From a virus: a stretch of DNA of 64,000 nucleotides. This document shows, piece after piece, positions 1 through 8,767 of this stretch. The stretch lies in the IMG/VR virus record IMGVR_UViG_3300024261_000009, positions 32,001 through 96,000 of that record. One strand, 5' to 3'. The notes beneath the pieces are model-generated. The model searched no databases. It saw nothing but the letters and a program-made list of their open reading frames with translations, and was not told where the DNA came from. Position 1 is the first letter of the stretch. Each line of letters opens with the position of its first letter. The position numbers and the translations under genes are program-made.

Positions 1-733
1 CCTCAGGGTACATTTGTGTAGGCGCGTTGAAGGACATCTCAGAGAGACATACGTCTCCCCCCAGCTGGCAGTCTCCGTGCATATGTTCTAATAATCTAGG
101 ACAAGCCCTGCAGGGCGGAGTGATGATATCATCAAGTATCTTTAACTCTGCGCTGTCGGGTACTATGGGAGCGCCTTTAAGAATCGCTTTGTGGGGCCAA
201 TCTATATCCCTCGCCCTGGAACCTCCGTTTTCTTTAGCACCTCCCCAGGTCCACTTCTCATTTGCTAGGTATGAGGGCCTAGAGTGGTTAGATCCCCCCT
301 TGCTAGATAGGTTCAATATGGGGATAAGAAGTCTCCAGTCCTCAGCGGTCCCGTCGTCTAAGGCCTGGCATAAAGCCTGTATCTCTGGAGATCCGCCCTC
401 CAAGTGTGGGAGTATTGACCTCCCCACCCCCGTGCGGGATCTTCCAGCCGAACCTCGTTTTTCTCGCCTTTTGTATTCGTTCTCGTTGGTAAGGATAATG
501 AAACCGGGAAGCTTTTTGGACGGACCTCTTCGACCCGCCTCTCTTGATACGGTTTCGTCAATGTGGAGCTTCTCCAGAAGGCTTCTAACAACCCCCTTAA
601 TAGGCAACACGAGGTTTATAGGGGTTAGGCTTTGAGCCCTGATTGTCGCCTCCTTGCGGAAAATATACACCCTGTCGAAGGGAAACTTTCGTCCGGCAGC
701 ATACCGCTTTATCTTTAGGCATATTATACTCAT
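1..733 (-). CDS. Hypothetical protein (>244 aa, runs off the window start), not in the ORF track
   Basis: My translation from ATG at 733, which overlaps the vWA gene stop as ATGA: MSIICLKIKRYAAGRKFPFDRVYIF...PPCRACPRLLEHMHGDCQLGGDVC... The frame is open to position 1 and explains the in-register antisense ORF 27..635(+). Confidence 0.65.
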   Translation of the reverse strand, partial: MSIICLKIKRYAAGRKFPFDRVYIFRKEATIRAQSLTPINLVLPIKGVVRSLLEKLHIDETVSREAGRRGPSKKLPGFIILTNENEYKRREKRGSAGRSRTGVGRSILPHLEGGSPEIQALCQALDDGTAEDWRLLIPILNLSSKGGSNHSRPSYLANEKWTWGGAKENGGSRARDIDWPHKAILKGAPIVPDSAELKILDDIITPPCRACPRLLEHMHGDCQLGGDVCLSEMSFNAPTQMYPE

Positions 734-2151
734 GTGTTTATCCTAACGACCCTCCCGTAGGAGCAGTCTTCGTCTTTTCTCCGAGAGCTCCAAGCGGACC
801 CTGGAACGGAACCCGAAGGAGTAACTACCCACACCACAGGGCACGGAGCTCTATTCTCTCTTCGGGGGAGAGGGCACTCACCGTCGGTTCCGTAAATTAT
901 AATGTCGGGTTTTAAGTCTTTAGCTCTTACGAAGACTTCGTTAAAGTCGGTTCCTCCACGCCCACTAAGAAGTGTTTGAGGAGTAGACCCAGGCTTCAAA
1001 GTATATTCCTTATGTATTCTAGTGTCCGCCTCTATCACCGTGATACTCATACACTCAGAGGCTTTTTGAACCCCCTGTATCTCGCTAAGACAGAGAAGCA
1101 TTTCCTCAACGCTCATGCTAGCGCTGGTATCGATGGCAAACAGTACATCAAACTTAGGACTCGTTTTTGTCCCTGGATAAGGGGACGCTTTCCCTCCAGA
1201 CTCTAGGAGTCTCCTCTTAGGCCGGGACATGCTTCTAACAGTACGAGTTTTCTTAGAATTAGTTATTAGTCTTCTAAGTAGATGATTCCAGGGGATAGTC
1301 GGGGGTCTAAGAAGGTCTTCAACAAGCTCCTGCACGTTCCCACTTAGCTTACCCCTGCCTTTTGTTGCTGCCTGAGCATTCTTGACAGTTTTCTTTATTT
1401 TCCTTTCTGATCTATCCGCAGCACCCTCTATCTCCGTAGTGGTCATTTTGGATAGTTCGGATTCAAGATCCGCGTGTGCGTTCAGGGGCGCTCCCTCCTT
1501 GTGGTACTCCTCTAGGATATCTGCCAGTTGGTCGGGAGTTAGGGTCACTTTTTGAGGCGGCGGTCCTTCCCCACCCTCTCTGTCCTCCGGACTAACCACG
1601 ATGCAATCCCCGAGGTCGGTTGTAGAGGCTCCCTCGCTCTGGTTCATCTGAGGCAAGTTGTGAACATTTTCTATTAGTTTGGCCGCGTACCATTCGTAGG
1701 ACTTGCCAAGGGGCAGCCCTGCGTCGGAGGGCAGTATGCCAGGCAACTTCCCAGGTCCCTCCTGACGAAATTGCGCCTCGGTACACTCCCTAGTGCTAAT
1801 TAGGAGGGAGTTTACCGCGTAGTCAGCAGCCACATTGCTGACCTTCATCAGTAGTTTTTTCCGGTGTTCCGGAGCCCCTGCGTAGAGTCTCATGGCTCGG
1901 GGGATGTGGTTTAGGACAAGATGTAAAACCTCATGGGTTATGATAAGAACCAGAGTATCAAAGTTAAGTTCTCGTATCAGTTTGGGGTTGTACATGAGTA
2001 CGTTAGCCCCTTCTTTGATTGTCACCGCCATGGTGCCTACGTCTGGGTCCTCTAGTTTAACCAAGCTATTAATAACCGTGGGGTAGAAAGTGTGTGTCTT
2101 TCCCCTCCCTGTAAGTAAATAGGCTAGAATCTGATCTAGACTAGCTTTCAT
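730..2151 (-). CDS. HExxH metallopeptidase-like domain + vWA domain protein (DUF2201-like), MoxR partner
   Basis: HEVLHLVLNH zincin motif in the N-half; acidic linker; C-terminal vWA with AIDTSASMS (DxSxS MIDAS) and GRGGTDF. Confidence 0.85.
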   Translation of the reverse strand: MKASLDQILAYLLTGRGKTHTFYPTVINSLVKLEDPDVGTMAVTIKEGANVLMYNPKLIRELNFDTLVLIITHEVLHLVLNHIPRAMRLYAGAPEHRKKLLMKVSNVAADYAVNSLLISTRECTEAQFRQEGPGKLPGILPSDAGLPLGKSYEWYAAKLIENVHNLPQMNQSEGASTTDLGDCIVVSPEDREGGEGPPPQKVTLTPDQLADILEEYHKEGAPLNAHADLESELSKMTTTEIEGAADRSERKIKKTVKNAQAATKGRGKLSGNVQELVEDLLRPPTIPWNHLLRRLITNSKKTRTVRSMSRPKRRLLESGGKASPYPGTKTSPKFDVLFAIDTSASMSVEEMLLCLSEIQGVQKASECMSITVIEADTRIHKEYTLKPGSTPQTLLSGRGGTDFNEVFVRAKDLKPDIIIYGTDGECPLPRRENRAPCPVVWVVTPSGSVPGSAWSSRRKDEDCSYGRVVRINT

Positions 2152-2181
2152 AAGTAATACCTCCTAGTATTAGCTCGACTG

Positions 2182-3174
2182 TTGGAAAGGCGAGCCGTGA
2201 TGATTGACCAGAATACTGATCCTACTTTTGACCTCTTTAAGAAGATTGTAGAAGAACGTCCTTCTTTGGGAGAACGAGTTAAAACTGCGCAAGTTGGTAG
2301 CGAGGTTAGAAACAGCCTTCCGGATTCTTCTTTTGCGAATCCTTCGGATAGGATCTTTCCCATACATACGCCTGAGGATGCCTTACTATCCATGGCGTAC
2401 GCTACAAAACAGGCGGGTGTCTCTTCTGAGACTTTGAACAAGATAGAAACCGCGATGGATCTCTACGGAGTAGAACTACCCGACCCCGTTGAAGTAAAGC
2501 AGGCTTCCTCTAACGTCAGGTATTTAGTACCAAACCAGAAGTTGTTCCCTATAAAGACTGCCGCGGATATTTCTGGGGCGGAGATAGCTCTCCACAGGAA
2601 CTCAAAAAAGCTTTCGCCAGATAGTATGGCGGTTGCGTCCGTTACGCTTATAAAGCAGGCGGCTTCCTACGGAATGAATGTCTCCAGGAAAACTCTTCAG
2701 GCCGCGGGTTTGATGCAGTGTGACCGGGATAAAGCTGCTGAGTGGATCGAGGCCCGTGCCATGGCTTCGGACACTAGTTCAGAGGCCTACCTCAAGTTAG
2801 CATCTGTGGTCCGGGGCTGCCCGGAAGACTCAACCCGAGAGGACTTGACAAAGATAGCAGGGGCTCTACAAGAGCTTGATTATAACGCAGGACTCACGAG
2901 ACACTATGGTAAGACCCTTCCCAGTCCGCAAGATACAGTCTTCAACTCCAAGGTGGCGATGGGGTCTTCCCTTGAGCTAGCAGGAGTCCCCATCCCCGTG
3001 AATAAGTTACTAGATATCTCCCCGGACATGTACGGAGACATTTTGGGAGAAGATATCGTTTCAGAGATATCTTCTGATGGGGAAGTTGATTTAGAAAACC
3101 TTCTAGCCATACTTCCAACCCTACCTTCAGACCTACAGGAACTCCTAGTCGGTAAACTAGGCCTAGATGGTTAG
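2182..3174 (+). CDS. Putative internal virion protein (K-x-A rich)
   Basis: 330-aa ORF with 9 K-x-A motifs (VKTAQ, TKQAG, VKQAS, IKTAA, IKQAA, DKAAE, LKLAS, TKIAG, SKVAM), like the head-cluster proteins. The start codon is uncertain. Confidence 0.6.
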   Translation: MERRAVMIDQNTDPTFDLFKKIVEERPSLGERVKTAQVGSEVRNSLPDSSFANPSDRIFPIHTPEDALLSMAYATKQAGVSSETLNKIETAMDLYGVELPDPVEVKQASSNVRYLVPNQKLFPIKTAADISGAEIALHRNSKKLSPDSMAVASVTLIKQAASYGMNVSRKTLQAAGLMQCDRDKAAEWIEARAMASDTSSEAYLKLASVVRGCPEDSTREDLTKIAGALQELDYNAGLTRHYGKTLPSPQDTVFNSKVAMGSSLELAGVPIPVNKLLDISPDMYGDILGEDIVSEISSDGEVDLENLLAILPTLPSDLQELLVGKLGLDG

Positions 3175-3820
3175 TTTAGACGCTAAGAGACTCCTCACGT
3201 CTACAGATGCTCACGGATTAACTTTAATGGTTGCCTGCGACGTCCTCACGTCTGGAGCTTGCTTTGCTTGGGAGACCGACACCTTGCTTACTTACCTGGA
3301 GTCGGAGAATTGTTTGCCTGATGAAGATAGTAGGGATCGACTGCTAGCAATGCTCGCGATAAGACTAAACCCAGCTCATCTATGGGACGGGTTTGTATTT
3401 TCTAATGTTGCCACGGCTCTTGCGGGCACTGCGTGTTTTCCAGAAATAATGGAGGAGTGCTCTGTTGCTGAGCTGTGCTGGGCCGTAACGGAGCTCCGAG
3501 AAATGTCAAATCAGTATACCCTATCCCACCCCGAGTACGGAGACGAGCCCGCAGTATACGCCGCAGCCGTGTGCTCAAAGAACAGCTTGGTGGTAATACC
3601 CCCCGAGCTTTCCTTCTGCGAACAATCTCTGGGGAGCATGCCCTCGGTGGAGGACCCCGCTTCCCTTAGAGAGAAGGTTATCCAGAAGTTATCCCAGGAT
3701 ATAGAGGTAGATGAGGAGTGTCCAGCTTGCACCCAGGCGATGGTCTTAAGAGAAGCTGGACACTATGTAGAGGTCAATAGGAGTAAGTTACTCTCGGACC
3801 TGGCTTTATTACGCGCGTAG
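3167..3820 (+). CDS. Hypothetical protein
   Basis: 217-aa ORF overlapping the upstream gene's stop (coupled); no recognisable motif. Confidence 0.6.
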   Translation: MVSLDAKRLLTSTDAHGLTLMVACDVLTSGACFAWETDTLLTYLESENCLPDEDSRDRLLAMLAIRLNPAHLWDGFVFSNVATALAGTACFPEIMEECSVAELCWAVTELREMSNQYTLSHPEYGDEPAVYAAAVCSKNSLVVIPPELSFCEQSLGSMPSVEDPASLREKVIQKLSQDIEVDEECPACTQAMVLREAGHYVEVNRSKLLSDLALLRA

Positions 3821-5593
3821 TTTCCACCGTCCCGCGTCCCATTTCCATTTACCCACGAAAGAGTTACCCCAGGCCTGCATAAACCAGGCGGGCAGGTACT
3901 TTGAACTCTTAGAAATAGCTCGAGCGGCGTTCGAGTCTAGTATATAGGTACTGCACCAGTCCTCCTTGTGGCGGCAACCTCTACCGTAGGCCTGAACTAG
4001 TGTTTGAGCCGCCTTTAAGTTGTACCAAGTATCTCCGTCTCTAAGTGCTCTCCGGGCATTAACCTTGCTGTCCCCCAGACTTGCGTAGGGTGTCTTGAGC
4101 AAAACCTGAACCCGAACTCGATCATCGATACCGTTCAGGCCTTCGGTAACGCTAGGTGATACTAACCAAGAATCCTGAGAGGCGAAAAATTTCTCTAACA
4201 GGTGATCCAGATCATCGTCTCTTTCATGCCAGATAAACCTGGCAGCTGCTCCGGGAGACATAAGCTCCTTTAAAGCGGCGGCATTAGAAAAGGAGTGAGT
4301 ATGTATAATCCCCTTGTTTCGTCCGTGTCTCTCAAGGATACCCTCTATAATTTTAGCTGCTTTTGGCAGAGTTTTTTCTAGAGACTTTCTTGACAAGCTT
4401 CCACAAAACTCAGCTATAAGAGGTCTGTTCTCCAGTTCAAAGGTGCTAGGAACGTCCAGAAAGCAAGCTATATCTCTCCCTCTAATCCCGAGGTCTCTTA
4501 AAAACGGGCCTGTGTCCACTGTAGCAGACATTAAGAGAACCCTACCTCCAAAGGAAAACAGGTACTTGTGCGCCAGGGACCCTGCGACTACAGGTTTAAA
4601 AGTCACCCTACCTTTCTCTAAGTAGTACACCCAGTTTTTAGGACTCTCTTTAACGGAGGCTATTAACCACCTAAGGTTGTCTATTAAGCACCCGATTTTT
4701 ATCAACCGGGTTTTGGTGTCATCGGATATCTCTACAGGTTTATCGGCCTCTACAAGAAGGCTGGGATTATCTTCTCTTAGAGATACCAGGGACTTGTCCA
4801 ACCCAGCCCCGGAGCCCTCCACTAGAATACCGAGCTTGCTGAACAAGTACGCGGACTTTCCGATAAGTTTCGGTAAGAGGAGCTCTTCTAGGTACTGACT
4901 CAAGTCGGTAACGGAGGGATCCGTTAAGCTCAGTATTTCTTTTACATGCCATTTCTCTAAATGCTCCCCCAGCCTAATGTTGACGCTAACGAAATCAGAC
5001 ACCCGGCTCTCGACTAGATGAGCCTCGTCAACTATTAAAAGATCTCGCTTATCAAAGGTGCCCGCTAAGTTAGCGTGAGTTAGGAAGCTTGCGTAGTTGT
5101 TAAGACTTAGAGAGGAGTTAACCGCCTCTCTCTTTGCCTGTATGTAGAGGCATTGGTCTCCGTCGTAGCGTTCTTTCGCCCTTGAAGAGCAGTTGTCTCG
5201 TATAAAGGAGAGTCGATCACTTGGAGTCGGTTCTTCGTCTGCTAAGCATCTGGAACAGTCCCTACGAGGGTTACCCCTTTTTACAGCGGTAGTGCAGGAG
5301 TAGTTAGCCTTTCCCCACAGGGAAGAAAGTCCCAAGGACTTGAAGTCCTCTACGTACTGATCCTGTAGGAACCGGTGAGACGCCAAAATGTGAACCTGAC
5401 CGCCAGACTCCCGCACCTTCTGGGCCAAACTAATAGCGACGGCTGATTTTCCGCAGCCTGTAGGCCCTCGAAGGACCATAAATTTTTTTTCTTTTGGTGC
5501 TTCTAGCCCCTCCTCAAGAGCCAGAAGCACGTCCCGTTGGTGAGCGTAAGGTTTCTTACCCTCCAACGGGAAGTGCTCTAGTATACTCTTCAT
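3809..5593 (-). CDS. dinG: DinG/Rad3/XPD-family SF2 helicase with Fe-S cysteines
   Basis: GPTGCGKS (I), GKANYSC plus further Cys, VDEAH (II), LLMSAT (III), QAYGRGCRH (VI). Confidence 0.85.
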   Translation of the reverse strand: MKSILEHFPLEGKKPYAHQRDVLLALEEGLEAPKEKKFMVLRGPTGCGKSAVAISLAQKVRESGGQVHILASHRFLQDQYVEDFKSLGLSSLWGKANYSCTTAVKRGNPRRDCSRCLADEEPTPSDRLSFIRDNCSSRAKERYDGDQCLYIQAKREAVNSSLSLNNYASFLTHANLAGTFDKRDLLIVDEAHLVESRVSDFVSVNIRLGEHLEKWHVKEILSLTDPSVTDLSQYLEELLLPKLIGKSAYLFSKLGILVEGSGAGLDKSLVSLREDNPSLLVEADKPVEISDDTKTRLIKIGCLIDNLRWLIASVKESPKNWVYYLEKGRVTFKPVVAGSLAHKYLFSFGGRVLLMSATVDTGPFLRDLGIRGRDIACFLDVPSTFELENRPLIAEFCGSLSRKSLEKTLPKAAKIIEGILERHGRNKGIIHTHSFSNAAALKELMSPGAAARFIWHERDDDLDHLLEKFFASQDSWLVSPSVTEGLNGIDDRVRVQVLLKTPYASLGDSKVNARRALRDGDTWYNLKAAQTLVQAYGRGCRHKEDWCSTYILDSNAARAISKSSKYLPAWFMQAWGNSFVGKWKWDAGRWKLRA

Positions 5594-5603
5594 ATAGTCT
5601 CTC

Positions 5604-6806
5604 CTAGAGACCTATTTCAGACTCCACAGCCTCCAGGGTCTGGCTTTGGTTCTTAATAGCCTCTATATAGTCTGGCGTTGTAGCCAGCCTTTTATTTAGT
5701 AACCGAAGATACTGTCGGTCTTCCTGAGACCCACAGGCTTGGTGAAACTCAGAGAACAGTTGTCCTCGAATTTGGTCTGGTAGATCCAGGCAGAATTTAC
5801 CTAGATTAGCGGCCAAACTCTTGCTTGGGTTGGGTTTATTGCTAACCATGACGCGGGCGATGTTTCCCACTAAGGTGGTCACCTTGTCTACCCCACCTTC
5901 CTCCAAAGCTAACTTAACTCTTTTTGGAAGATCTTCCTTGGAGCAATAATCTTCGATTATTTCCCGAGGCCCGATAACCATCTCCCTGTGCCGGATAAAG
6001 TCGAATAGACTATCGGTCATTCCCTGACCTATTAGGGACACCATGACAGTGTCTATTTCCGACAGGCTATCCCTAACTGCGCCTATTTCGCAATCAGTAT
6101 GCTGCATAAGAATACTTACGTCCTCCCACGCGGCAGGGTTTGAGTAAACTTGCTCAGCAGCTCGAGCGGCCGTGTCCAGCAAGTGGTTAGGATTAGTCTC
6201 GATATAGTCCACCACTATCGGGTGAAACTCATTCTCCCGAGCGTATTCAAGCCAAGCCCTGCTGTCTTCTCTAACACATAACCACTTGACCCTGCGTCGA
6301 AATGCGTGGTCAGTTTCCAGCTCATTGACTGAGTAGTCCCCACCACTTGGGTTCTGAGCGATTGCTATGTGCCACCCGTCAGGCAGCTTGAAGCTGCCCG
6401 TTCCACGTTGATCCATGAACGCGAATACCGCCGCAGCGGTGGGAGCGGAGGCTCTGTTAACCTCCTCGAAAACCAAGATGCCCTTGTCATGTTTCTTGGT
6501 CATCTCATGGAGACGAATGTCGATCAGGTTTTCGTAGTAGTTACCGTTCTCGGATCTCCAGGGAAGACCTGCGATATCCTCGGGGGGGACCACCTGGGAG
6601 TAGTAGTCAAGGTACCCCCAGCTGTTCTCCTCACAGATCTGCTTGTAAAGCTGGGTTTTGCCTATCCCAGCCTCACCGACTAAGCAGGGAACCTTATCAA
6701 TAGCAAATAGCTGTAGAACAGCCTTCTTTGCCTGCGGTAAACTCTTGATTCCCACGCCGAGTTTTTCCCAGAACTTGTTAACTGAGTCGCCATTTAAGTT
6801 AGACAT
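5604..6806 (-). CDS. MoxR-like AAA+ ATPase
   Basis: GEAGIGKT Walker A, LVFEEVNRA Walker B, AQNP sensor I, AFRRR arginine-finger region. Confidence 0.85.
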   Translation of the reverse strand: MSNLNGDSVNKFWEKLGVGIKSLPQAKKAVLQLFAIDKVPCLVGEAGIGKTQLYKQICEENSWGYLDYYSQVVPPEDIAGLPWRSENGNYYENLIDIRLHEMTKKHDKGILVFEEVNRASAPTAAAVFAFMDQRGTGSFKLPDGWHIAIAQNPSGGDYSVNELETDHAFRRRVKWLCVREDSRAWLEYARENEFHPIVVDYIETNPNHLLDTAARAAEQVYSNPAAWEDVSILMQHTDCEIGAVRDSLSEIDTVMVSLIGQGMTDSLFDFIRHREMVIGPREIIEDYCSKEDLPKRVKLALEEGGVDKVTTLVGNIARVMVSNKPNPSKSLAANLGKFCLDLPDQIRGQLFSEFHQACGSQEDRQYLRLLNKRLATTPDYIEAIKNQSQTLEAVESEIGL

Positions 6807-6955
6807 TTATTTATTCCTCTCTTGGAGTTAGAATATAGAACCGATTACTTTGAAAAATAGCCAAGCTATTTGACCCAGTATCGCGGAAACAACCAGGGGA
6901 AACTCGGACCCCATAGTTAGGATTAAAAGTAGTATGGAACCGAAGATAACGTCCC

Positions 6956-8584
6956 ATGGCCAATGATTATCTGATGAAAACACCTAAAGTCTCCTCGGAG
7001 AAGGGGGAGGATATCCCTCTTGACAGAAAGACTCTGGCGTCCAAATTGTTTCGTTTGGATGGAAAAGATTTTTCCCTAGCGAACTACCCTATGTATGACG
7101 CTATATACAAGGGCACGTGGAAGTCCACACTACTTAAGTGTGGGCGTCAGGTGGGTAAGAGCGTATCAGCAGCTAACTTTACTATTGCAGATAGCATAGC
7201 GATACCCTACTTCAAGACTTTGTACGTTTCGCCAACGTTAAAACAAACGAGTGGGTTCTCGAACACCAGAATCGCTAAAATCATGCGTCACTCGCCTCTA
7301 GTTAAGCATAATTTTATGGGCGACTCCCAGACGGATAATGTTTTCTTAAAGATATTGTCAAACGGAAGTGAAATGATATTCACCTACGCTTTTGATAACC
7401 CCGATAGAGCTCGAGGTTACACCGCGGACCGAGTTCATTACGACGAGGTCCAGGATATACTATATGACGAGGTGGTACCCGTCATTAACGAGTGCATGGC
7501 CAATTCTGACTATGCATACGTTGGTTACACAGGAACTCCTAAGACCATGGAAAACACCATTGAGTATATATGGCAGAATTCCACACAGTCGGAGTGGTGT
7601 ATTAAATGTGATTCTTGCGGGTCTTACTCCTTTTATATTGATGATAAGGGGCTCGGTAAGAAGGGGCTGGAGTGCATAAAATGCAGGAGCCAAGTTAATC
7701 CCAGAAACGGAACTTGGGTTGACATGAATCCCGTTCCTAAAGATACGGATCCGGCTGACCCCGCGTTCTACAGAACTAAGGGGTTTCACATACCCCAGTT
7801 AATACTTCCACTTAATAGTGAGTACCCCGATAGGTGGGCGCGCATACTAGATAAACACGACACCTACAGCCAAAACAAGTTTAAGAATGAGGTTCTAGGT
7901 GTATCTGACTCCATAGGAGCCCGGTTAATATCCCTAGAGGAGCTACATTCCTTCTGTACCCCACATTCTTTTGACTGGGCTCCTACCAAGCCTGTGGGGG
8001 TGGATACTCCTATCGTTGTAGGAGGGGTTGACTGGTCGGGCGGAGGATCCGCGGGTAAGTCTCGTACTGTAGGATGGATCTACGGAGTCCGTGGAGACAA
8101 GCTGAAAACCTTATGGTACAGAATTTACGATGTGGCAAACCCTGTTGATACCGTAGACGAGTTGGCCCGTGTGTTCAGTCTCTTTAATGTCTCCCTCGTT
8201 TTCGGAGATGCTGGGGAGGGGGCTTTAGCTAACAGTGTGCTCAGAAAGAAGCTAGGGGATACTAGGGTATTCCAGGTTCAGTACTCAGGGACGTCCTCCA
8301 GGGCTCCTATATACTGGAATAACCAGGACCGCTACATGGCGGACCGAACAGCGTGTATAGACAACTTTTTATTTGATGTGAAGAGCGGGAAGGTTACCTA
8401 CCCTACAGAGAAAATATCTAAGTTCGCTTTTAGTGACATGTTAAATGTCTTCGAAGAAGTAACCGTGACGGGAAGAAAGGTGTGGAAACACCCTCCAGGC
8501 CTTCCTGACGACGCTCTCCACGCCCAGGTATTCGCTTGGATTGCCGCCAGGGTTACTACTAAGAATCTCAAGTTCTACGCTTAA
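6956..8584 (+). CDS. terL: Terminase large subunit (gpA-like, with CxxC pairs)
   Basis: KCGRQVGKS Walker A, HYDEVQD Walker B, TGTP coupling motif, CDSC/CIKC, GGVDW and DDALH nuclease aspartates. Confidence 0.9.
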   Translation: MANDYLMKTPKVSSEKGEDIPLDRKTLASKLFRLDGKDFSLANYPMYDAIYKGTWKSTLLKCGRQVGKSVSAANFTIADSIAIPYFKTLYVSPTLKQTSGFSNTRIAKIMRHSPLVKHNFMGDSQTDNVFLKILSNGSEMIFTYAFDNPDRARGYTADRVHYDEVQDILYDEVVPVINECMANSDYAYVGYTGTPKTMENTIEYIWQNSTQSEWCIKCDSCGSYSFYIDDKGLGKKGLECIKCRSQVNPRNGTWVDMNPVPKDTDPADPAFYRTKGFHIPQLILPLNSEYPDRWARILDKHDTYSQNKFKNEVLGVSDSIGARLISLEELHSFCTPHSFDWAPTKPVGVDTPIVVGGVDWSGGGSAGKSRTVGWIYGVRGDKLKTLWYRIYDVANPVDTVDELARVFSLFNVSLVFGDAGEGALANSVLRKKLGDTRVFQVQYSGTSSRAPIYWNNQDRYMADRTACIDNFLFDVKSGKVTYPTEKISKFAFSDMLNVFEEVTVTGRKVWKHPPGLPDDALHAQVFAWIAARVTTKNLKFYA

Positions 8585-8595
8585 TACGAATTTTG

Positions 8596-8761
8596 TTGGA
8601 TCAGAGAACTCGAGCTCGGATCTAACCTATATTCGGGGCCCGGACGAGGCGAAGCCGAAGTCGCCTTACGGGCCCCAGTACTACTAAGGGAAAGTTACTT
8701 TCCCGGTATGGGAGTTAAAGCTATTAAGCACTTACTTATACCATAATAACGTATGTTATTA
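8596..8761 (+). other. Cluster of five tandem hairpins between convergent terL and polA (structured RNA, terminators or DNA signal)
   Basis: Stems at 8596-8625, 8635-8676 (GGGGCCCG/CGGGCCCC plus AGGCGA/TCGCCT), 8688-8704 (GGGAAAG/CTTTCCC), 8705-8742 and 8744-8761 (TAATAAC/GTTATTA). Confidence 0.6.
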
Positions 8762-8767
8762 CGGTCT

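Noticed and set aside
27-635. ORF-track ORF 27..635(+) and other antisense or nested ORFs (e.g. 29976..30638, 45195..45893, 48278..48976, 62665..63288)
   Set aside because: These are shadows of real genes on the opposite strand, with no RBS or motifs.
8635-8676. Hammerhead-like string CGGACGA-GGCGAAGCC-GAAG
   Set aside because: U4 is G, A15.1 is G, and there is no proper stem III or NUH cleavage triplet; an alternative long hairpin fits better.
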